NCBI GenBank assembly: GCA_031426555.1
Contig: JANPLN010000070.1
Location: 1-11,002, forward strand
DNA from: Bdellovibrionales bacterium
GTDB taxonomy: Bacteria; Bdellovibrionota; Bdellovibrionia; Bdellovibrionales; JAGQZY01
Reading direction: 5' to 3'
DNA: 11,002 bases
Shown: in pieces, positions 1 through 6,584 of the stretch
How positions within the stretch are numbered: position 1 is the first letter of the stretch
Layout of the letters: every line of letters starts with the position of its first letter
The notes under the pieces: generated by a model
What the model was told of the DNA's origin: nothing
Seen by the model: only the letters and a program-made list of their open reading frames with translations
Database searches by the model: none
Program-made: the position numbers and the translations under genes

Positions 1-2
1 AT

Positions 3-818
3 ATGACTCTTGTTCGCTCGCTGGGACAAGTGCCAGAATCGACAAAACAAGAGCTTATAACACTTCTGAGTCAATCGCTCACTGTTATCGACGCTTGGAT
101 TGAGTTGGAAAATCCCAGTCATGCATTGCAAAACGTGATGAAGGAGCCTTCGCGAGAGTGGCAATTTGTACAGCAAATTCTTCTGCGCAGTGAAATGTTG
201 GACGCCCTCGACAAACTACCCTCGCATGTCAGCACAGGACATCTTCGTGCGGTGGAGCGCATTTTTAAAAAATTGCGTCGGCACAAACAGCCCTACGACT
301 TTGACCTTGTTTTTCAAGTTGCAAAGACGTTACAAATTCATTTGCAGCCACTTTTGGGAAAATCTGAATTTGTAGATATTTTTGGAAGTTTCCCAAACTT
401 GGCAGCGAAAGTCGGTGTTTCCGACATTGATATTTTATTTTCACAGCGCGTGGATCAGATTTATTATGATTTGGTGAGCCAAACTTCAGCCAGTAAAGTA
501 GTGCCGCAGGCTTTATTTCAGCAAAGTGATGCGCTTCTTTTTGCCAATTCGGTCACCGCCGCCGAAAACGCCGTGCGCGAAATTTTGAAGTCACAGCAAG
601 TTTTGGGCGATCTTTTTTCAGTAAATTTACTGACCCGTGAAGTGATCAATGAAAAAGTCACGATTCCGCTGACGATGGCACAAACAGAAACATGGTTTGG
701 GATGAGCAGTCCGTTGATGATTCGAATTTATTCGGATCGGATTGTGCTGCGCTTTTGGGATGGGTTTACTGCCACGCGAGAAATCCCCGCCAGCGTGCGC
801 GAGTTTACCCTGAGGTAA
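3..818 (+). CDS. Hypothetical protein with a Pol-beta superfamily nucleotidyltransferase motif; may be 5'-truncated at the window edge
   Basis: 271-aa ORF containing VDIFGSFPNLAAKVGVSDIDILF, which fits hG[GS]-x11-DhDh (G128, S129, D141, D143) after a helix-like segment. The ATG sits at base 3, so no upstream context or RBS is visible. Confidence 0.6.
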   Translation: MTLVRSLGQVPESTKQELITLLSQSLTVIDAWIELENPSHALQNVMKEPSREWQFVQQILLRSEMLDALDKLPSHVSTGHLRAVERIFKKLRRHKQPYDFDLVFQVAKTLQIHLQPLLGKSEFVDIFGSFPNLAAKVGVSDIDILFSQRVDQIYYDLVSQTSASKVVPQALFQQSDALLFANSVTAAENAVREILKSQQVLGDLFSVNLLTREVINEKVTIPLTMAQTETWFGMSSPLMIRIYSDRIVLRFWDGFTATREIPASVREFTLR

Positions 819-843
819 TGATCAAAGGACTTCTGTGCATCAG

Positions 844-874
844 TTAAAACCCGGCGTTTTTGCCGGTGGTTTAA
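844..874 (+). terminator. Imperfect hairpin downstream of ORF1, possible terminator
   Basis: TTAAAAC-CCGGC-gttttt-GCCGG-t-GGTTTAA: a 5-bp GC core plus an imperfect outer stem, 25 nt after the stop. The U-tract is weak. Confidence 0.3.
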
Positions 875-1014
875 GCAACCTCATTCTTCGTGCCAATATG
901 GCACCACAATCGACTAGACCATCGATGGTTTCATTTGTTTTTCAGTTATATCAATTGGCCTCATTTCCAACGCCGTTTCTTCTCATCTGGGTCAAGGTGA
1001 CATATATATAACCT

Positions 1015-1956
1015 ATGAACACCCAGATTTTTAAAGATTGGGTCGATCGCTTTCTGGTCCCTATCGATGATCCAGGATCACGACTCTTTCACCTAAACAT
1101 ACTCATGTCTCTGGGACTTATTGTTCTGTGGATTCTTTTCGTGCAGTTCAAGACTCCGCAAAAGTTTCCGCACCTAAAAAGCCAGCTGTTTTTTAAGCAA
1201 TTAAAAAATTCGGTTCTTCGTAAAAAATATTGGTGGAATCGATCGACAAAAGTAGATTATCAAATTTATTTTTTAAATAGCGTTTTAAAGATTTTTCTCT
1301 TTATTCCATTTTTAGATTTCTCATTTCGAATCTCAAAAGCCACCATATCGGCACTCCTGAGCGGCAACCAGCAACAAACTCTTTCTTTCAGCGCCACCTA
1401 CATAAGCCTTCTCATTTTTTCTGTTCTCGCTTTTGTCTTTGATGATTTTTTACGATTTTTTCATCACTACTTGATGCACAAAATTCCCCTGCTGTGGAAG
1501 CTGCACCGAACTCACCATTCAGCAAAAATTCTCACTCCTTTCAGCCTCTATCGAATTCACCCCCTGGAGTCGGCAATGTCCACCGTGCGCAACAGTTTGA
1601 GTACGGGGGTTTCCATTGGTTTTTTTATTTTCTTTTTCAATAGCCAATTTAGCATAATGACGATTTTTGGAATCAACCTGTTTGGGTTTTTGTTTAATCT
1701 CTTAGGCAGCAACTTGCGCCATAGTCATATTCCCTTGAGTTTTGGCGTGCTGGAGTGGGTTTTTATCAGTCCTAAACAGCATCAAATCCACCATTCCGCC
1801 AATCCCGCCCATTACGGTAAAAACTTTGGGGTGTCCCTTACGCTATGGGATGGCATCATCGGATCCCTTGTGCGCTCTCAACACGTTACCCAAAAACTGC
1901 GCTTTGGTTTGAAAAACCATCGCCAAACCCTTAAAAAAACACTCATTTCTCAATAA
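1015..1956 (+). CDS. Sterol desaturase / fatty acid hydroxylase family membrane protein (di-iron His-box)
   Basis: Several hydrophobic segments plus the complete His-box set: HHYLMH, HRTHHS, RIHPLE, LRHSH, HQIHHS, followed by NFG...LWD. Confidence 0.9.
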   Translation: MNTQIFKDWVDRFLVPIDDPGSRLFHLNILMSLGLIVLWILFVQFKTPQKFPHLKSQLFFKQLKNSVLRKKYWWNRSTKVDYQIYFLNSVLKIFLFIPFLDFSFRISKATISALLSGNQQQTLSFSATYISLLIFSVLAFVFDDFLRFFHHYLMHKIPLLWKLHRTHHSAKILTPFSLYRIHPLESAMSTVRNSLSTGVSIGFFIFFFNSQFSIMTIFGINLFGFLFNLLGSNLRHSHIPLSFGVLEWVFISPKQHQIHHSANPAHYGKNFGVSLTLWDGIIGSLVRSQHVTQKLRFGLKNHRQTLKKTLISQ

Positions 1957-1965
1957 GATTTCATT

Positions 1966-1985
1966 AAAATTTATATTCATTTTCA
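1966..1985. promoter_or_regulatory. Fur-box-like site upstream of the iron-binding protein gene
   Basis: 1966-1984 AAAATTTATATTCATTTTC matches 13/19 of GATAATGATAATCATTATC by hand count. 1971-1985 read on the - strand (TGAAAAT-G-AATATAA) matches 11/14 of the 7-1-7 form. It lies about 90 nt upstream of iron-uptake genes, but the AT-rich context raises the chance of a random match. Confidence 0.5.
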
Positions 1986-2075
1986 TCTGTCGAATTTTAA
2001 CGACTTTCTTTGCCTCGCGTCCGCTTCGTCGATAAAACTCATAACAACAAGTAAACAAATCCCAACGGAGGAAGA

Positions 2076-3056
2076 ATGAAGTTTTTGATCCTATTAACGG
2101 TTCTCTTGAGTTTTTTTAATGCGAGCGCCGACATCACTCTTTACACAGATCGCCCCACCGCACGCATGCAGGTGATTGCCGATGAATTTTTAAAAAGTAC
2201 GAAAGTTAAAGTGAATATTTTAGAACTGCCGTGGGCGGCACTCAGCGCGCAGCTGAAAGAAGAAGGCGCTTCGAGCCCTGCGGATGTTATTTTTGTAAAA
2301 GACTCCGTCTACCTTAATACGTTGGTTAAAGAGGGTCGCTTTGCAAAAATGCAGTCGTCGGTAATACGCAACAGCGTCGATGCCTCCATGTACACTGACT
2401 ATTACACGGCCATCACCTACCGGGCTCGCACGTTGATTTATGAGTCGTCTCTCGATGTGAGCACTATTAATTCTTATGCGGATTTGGCGAAAGCCGACTA
2501 CGCCGGCACACTGTGCTTACGAACCGCAAAATCATCCTACAACGAAGGTCTCGCAGGCACCCTTATTAATCGTTATGGTTACAACGAAACTAAAACGATG
2601 TTGGAAGGTTGGCTAAGCAATAGGGCTGATACTGCTCTTGTCTATAAAGACGATAACTCCGTTATCGACGACGTTGCCTCTGGTAAATGCGCTCTTGGAA
2701 TAGTTAACACCTACTATCTTGGTTTGGCTCTTGTTAAGAATCCAGCGCTTCCGGTATCTGTCAAATTTCTTGATCAGAACAAAGGCGGAGTGCACACCAG
2801 TGGAATGGGTGCGGGAGTGAGCGTAACGTCCAAGCAACCCGCTGTTGCGCAACAGTTTGTTGAATTTATGCTGAGCGAAGGAATGCAAAAATTTCTTACA
2901 GAACAGCAGCTCGATTTTCCGGCTAACAAGAACGTGTCGGCCCCGTCGACTGTTAAATCATGGGGTTCGTTTAAGGTGAATTCACAAAATTGGTCAGCCA
3001 CAACTGATTCCGCTGAAAAAGCTGTCGAATTGTTTAATGAGATTGGTTACTTATAA
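2076..3056 (+). CDS. Periplasmic Fe3+-binding protein, FbpA/FutA-like ABC substrate-binding protein
   Basis: Sec signal peptide (MKFLILLTVLLSFFNASA) and GGAGGA RBS. Family motifs include EG.SSPADV, TYRAR, LCLR...SYN, GIVNTYY (tandem Tyr ligands), GVH...G.GV, A.QFVEFMLS and FPAN. Confidence 0.88.
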   Translation: MKFLILLTVLLSFFNASADITLYTDRPTARMQVIADEFLKSTKVKVNILELPWAALSAQLKEEGASSPADVIFVKDSVYLNTLVKEGRFAKMQSSVIRNSVDASMYTDYYTAITYRARTLIYESSLDVSTINSYADLAKADYAGTLCLRTAKSSYNEGLAGTLINRYGYNETKTMLEGWLSNRADTALVYKDDNSVIDDVASGKCALGIVNTYYLGLALVKNPALPVSVKFLDQNKGGVHTSGMGAGVSVTSKQPAVAQQFVEFMLSEGMQKFLTEQQLDFPANKNVSAPSTVKSWGSFKVNSQNWSATTDSAEKAVELFNEIGYL

Positions 3057-3090
3057 TTGGTGGGTTCGTAAACTGGGTGGAGGATTGTAA

Positions 3091-4398
3091 ATGCGGTTCA
3101 AATTGAGCTCTCTTGTTGGAATACTGTTCGTTGTCATTTCTTGCTCTGACTACGCCAATGAGTCCATCCCTGCCGGTCCAGGACTTCGGCCCGCGATGAA
3201 ACCCATCACGCGGCCTCTTCCGGTGGAATACCAAAATCCAAATGCCGGCGATTTTTCTACGGAAAAAATGTTGGTGAATATCGGTCTCAATGTCATCGCA
3301 AAAAATGTGCAAGATTTTTACTTCCGTTCGGGTCGGTTGAGCACAGCGGTGAACTACTATTGCGATGAGATGGACAATTCCGTTCGTGACTTACAGAATT
3401 TGAATCTGTTGGAAAGTAAGGTAAAAGATCTATGGAAAGAGACAATGCTTTCTTTCCACAAGGTCAGCATGGCGGGCGTCGGCCCGTTGACTGATAACAA
3501 TCGCGCGGTTTTTAATAAAATTTATTCCTGGCCCGTGGTCAGCGAATGTGGAATTGATCAAGAGGTTATTCAAAACAAGGGCGGTATTCTTTCAGATGAC
3601 GTACTTGCCAACCGCCGCAGTCTCTCCGCTCTCGAGTACTTGCTCTTTGAAACGACGTTGAATTCAAAGTGTTCGACCTTCGCAGAGCCAAAGGCTAAAG
3701 AGTGGTCGGCGAAGAGTCCATTTGAAAAAAAGAGAGATCGCTGTCGGTATGCCAAATCAGTCGCTCAGGATGTACAAAAAAATGCGGAACTCATTCGCAA
3801 TGCTTGGGCTCCTGAAAAAGAAAATTACACAGTGGCTCTTATTGATAAGTCGATTTATGGCAGTGTGAATAAGGCCGTTAATGCGTTGACCGATTCGCTT
3901 TTTGCCTTTGAAGACTTCAGAGACAACGACTTAGCCATTCCGATGGGTCTGCACGAAGATTGTAAAGACGCTTCGGGTAAGTGCTTAGACGATCTTGAAC
4001 ATCCGTGGTCAGGGATCGCAGCCGAGGCAGCCATCGCGAAAATGCAAGGTTTTAAGAGCGCGTTTTTCGGTTCAAATTTTGAAAATGATTTGGCGTTCGG
4101 GTTTGATGATTACCTTATCACCAAGGGCCACGACGCTGTTGCGAAAAGCATTAAGGATAACTTGACCCAATCTATTCGAGGGATGCAACAGCTTGCTTTG
4201 CAAGATCCAACTCTTCGGAACTCCATACAGAATGTTAAGAAAGAAAATTGCGACATCTTTGACGGCCCCAAAGGATCCTTGGACTTTGTCTGCCAGGTTT
4301 ACAAAGACATTCAAAACGTCACCTCGACTTTAAAAACCGACGTTATGATCATTTTAGCTCTTGAGGTTCCAACCGGACACGCAGGAGATGGTGATTGA
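3091..4398 (+). CDS. Imelysin-like (peptidase M75 fold) lipoprotein
   Basis: Lipobox-like VISC and GGAGG RBS. Contains W..........V....VGP, IYSWP, RRSLSALEYLLF, LEHPWS and GFDDYL, and ends in the typical GDGD. Located between iron-uptake genes. Confidence 0.82.
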   Translation: MRFKLSSLVGILFVVISCSDYANESIPAGPGLRPAMKPITRPLPVEYQNPNAGDFSTEKMLVNIGLNVIAKNVQDFYFRSGRLSTAVNYYCDEMDNSVRDLQNLNLLESKVKDLWKETMLSFHKVSMAGVGPLTDNNRAVFNKIYSWPVVSECGIDQEVIQNKGGILSDDVLANRRSLSALEYLLFETTLNSKCSTFAEPKAKEWSAKSPFEKKRDRCRYAKSVAQDVQKNAELIRNAWAPEKENYTVALIDKSIYGSVNKAVNALTDSLFAFEDFRDNDLAIPMGLHEDCKDASGKCLDDLEHPWSGIAAEAAIAKMQGFKSAFFGSNFENDLAFGFDDYLITKGHDAVAKSIKDNLTQSIRGMQQLALQDPTLRNSIQNVKKENCDIFDGPKGSLDFVCQVYKDIQNVTSTLKTDVMIILALEVPTGHAGDGD

Positions 4399-6584
4399 TA
4401 GTACTTACTGTTTTGCTGCATGCTGGATTGATTTTTTCGCAGGAACAAAATGAAGTCGTCACAGATGCTGTAAAGACCTATAAAAAAATAGAAATCACCA
4501 CCGACGAGGATGAGTTTTTTTTAAATACCATCTCACCCCATCGTGTTTCCAAGGAAAAACTGAGCCTGTACAATTACACCGATGCCACTCGCGCCATGAA
4601 GCAAACTGCTGGCGTTTACTCACGGGATGAGGATGGACAGGGTCTTCGCCCCAACATTGGCCTGCGCGGAACAAATCCCGATCGATCAAAAAAAGTTGTT
4701 TTTCTAGAAGATGGAATTTTAATTGGGCCAGCCCCCTACTCTGCTCCCGCGGCTTACTACACCCCATCCATGCAACATACGGAGTCGTTGGATATCTACA
4801 AGGGATTTACGGCCGTGCCTTACGGTCCTAATTCCATCGGTGGTTCGGTGAATTACGTCACAACGTCGATTCCCGGTAGCACCCTTATCAAAGGAAGCGC
4901 TTCTGCCGGAGCGTTTAATACTCAGACTTATAAGTTAACTGGCGGCACAACTTTTAACAAATCCAGTTTTTTGATCGAAGGCTCTCGGCTCTCTAGCGAT
5001 GGGTTTAAAACAATTGATGGTGGCGGTGACGCTGGTTTTGAGAAAAACGAAGTGCTTTTAAAGTTTCGGCAAAAACTGTCGTCTCTCAGCGACAATCGCC
5101 AGCACTTCTTAGAAGCGCGCTTAGGTTATTCCGATGAAATTTCCAATGAAACTTATCTTGGTTTGAGCACTTCGGACCTCAACGCCAGTCCCTTTCGCCG
5201 CTATTCCTCGTCAGCTCTAGATAAAATGGAATGGCAGCACAGCAAAGTTCAACTGGATCATGTTTATGATATATCCTCAACCACGCGTCTGAAAACGTCG
5301 CTCTACAGAAACGACTTTGAACGTCGTTGGTTTCGCTTGGATCGCTTTGCAAATGGAACTTCTATTTTTAATGTCTTGGCCTATCCGCAGTTTGATCCTG
5401 TTTTGGCAGGAGTTTTACAAGGCACTGGGAATTCCAGTGACAGCAATGGCAATCTGGAGTTTTTAGGCAACCAACGAACGTTTTATAGCCAAGGTCTGCA
5501 AACTCAAATTAATACACAATCCAGTTTAGGCGGGGCGACCTTCGATACAGAATTGGGACTTCGCTTTCACCAAGATCAAATTCGTCGCACCCATACGGCT
5601 TACGAATACGCCATGGAGCAAGGGCAACTGGTTCCTTTAAACTTCTCCCAACCAGAAGTCCTCAATCGCAATCGCGCCACCGCCCTGACCGCCCATTTGA
5701 TTGAAAATGTAAATTTAGGAAATTGGGTTTTCACTGCTTTAGGCCGAGCGGAAAGTGTGAGCTTTAAATTTAGCGAATTCGAAATTGCCAATAATTTTAA
5801 TCAACGCAGCTTTGAGCGTAACGAAACCGCGTTTGCTCCAGGTGCGGCGGTGCTCTATAAAATCACGCCGCACATTTCAACCAAACTCAGTGTCAATAAA
5901 GGTGTTTCCTTGGCGGGGTTGAGCGACACCGGCAGCGAAAATCCCGAAGAGAGTGTGAACTACGAATGGGGTTTAAAATATATTTCCAGCGACAATCGCT
6001 CGCAGGGCGAAATCGTCGCTTTTTACAACGATTACTCCAACATCACTGGTACCTGCACCACGTCCACCGGCTGTAACAGCGCTCAGTTGGATCGACAGTT
6101 CAACGGCGGCCAGGCACTGATTCAAGGGATTGAGGCTCGCGTGGCCCAACAATTTCAAATCAAAGATTTACAAATTCCCGTGCAATTGAACTTGACCCTT
6201 TTAAATGCGGAGTTCCGCAACACCTTTGCTTCGCAAACGGCAGAATGGGGCGTGGGCACTGTTCGCAGTGGCGATCCGCTGCCCTACATTCCACAGGTTC
6301 AGTACACGTTAGCCATTGGTGCTAATTACAAAAAATTTAATCAGGAAGTGGCCTTTATTTATCAAGGGGCGAGCTTCGATCAAAGTGCCCGTGAAAATCG
6401 TTTAGAAATTCCCGCCTTTGGAATTGTGGATTGGACGGGAAAATACAATATGAATAAAAAAACTCAGATTTTTGCGCGGATTGATAATATTTTAGCGCGG
6501 GATTATTTAGTTTCGTATAAACCGTTTGGTGCGCGCCCGGGCAAACCTCAAAGTTTTATGGCGGGTTTGAGTTATAGTTTTTAA
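4395..6584 (+). CDS. TonB-dependent outer membrane receptor, FecA-like (ferric iron) family
   Basis: Plug motif EDGQGLRPNIGLRG...RSKK...LEDG...PAPYSAPAAYY and YGPNSIGGSVNY. The C-terminus reads IDNIL.R.Y....RPGKP.SF.AGLSYSF with a terminal Phe. The TTG start overlaps the imelysin TGA (TTGA), with GGAG at 4384-4387. Confidence 0.93.
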   Translation: MIVLTVLLHAGLIFSQEQNEVVTDAVKTYKKIEITTDEDEFFLNTISPHRVSKEKLSLYNYTDATRAMKQTAGVYSRDEDGQGLRPNIGLRGTNPDRSKKVVFLEDGILIGPAPYSAPAAYYTPSMQHTESLDIYKGFTAVPYGPNSIGGSVNYVTTSIPGSTLIKGSASAGAFNTQTYKLTGGTTFNKSSFLIEGSRLSSDGFKTIDGGGDAGFEKNEVLLKFRQKLSSLSDNRQHFLEARLGYSDEISNETYLGLSTSDLNASPFRRYSSSALDKMEWQHSKVQLDHVYDISSTTRLKTSLYRNDFERRWFRLDRFANGTSIFNVLAYPQFDPVLAGVLQGTGNSSDSNGNLEFLGNQRTFYSQGLQTQINTQSSLGGATFDTELGLRFHQDQIRRTHTAYEYAMEQGQLVPLNFSQPEVLNRNRATALTAHLIENVNLGNWVFTALGRAESVSFKFSEFEIANNFNQRSFERNETAFAPGAAVLYKITPHISTKLSVNKGVSLAGLSDTGSENPEESVNYEWGLKYISSDNRSQGEIVAFYNDYSNITGTCTTSTGCNSAQLDRQFNGGQALIQGIEARVAQQFQIKDLQIPVQLNLTLLNAEFRNTFASQTAEWGVGTVRSGDPLPYIPQVQYTLAIGANYKKFNQEVAFIYQGASFDQSARENRLEIPAFGIVDWTGKYNMNKKTQIFARIDNILARDYLVSYKPFGARPGKPQSFMAGLSYSF

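Noticed and set aside
880..915. TGGCAC on both strands as sigma-54 -24 elements
   Set aside because: Neither copy has TTGC at the -12 position (they read ATCGA and ATGA).
2028..2035. GTCGATAA as a sigma-28 -10 box before the FbpA-like gene
   Set aside because: The corresponding -35 position reads TTTGCCTC, which does not match.
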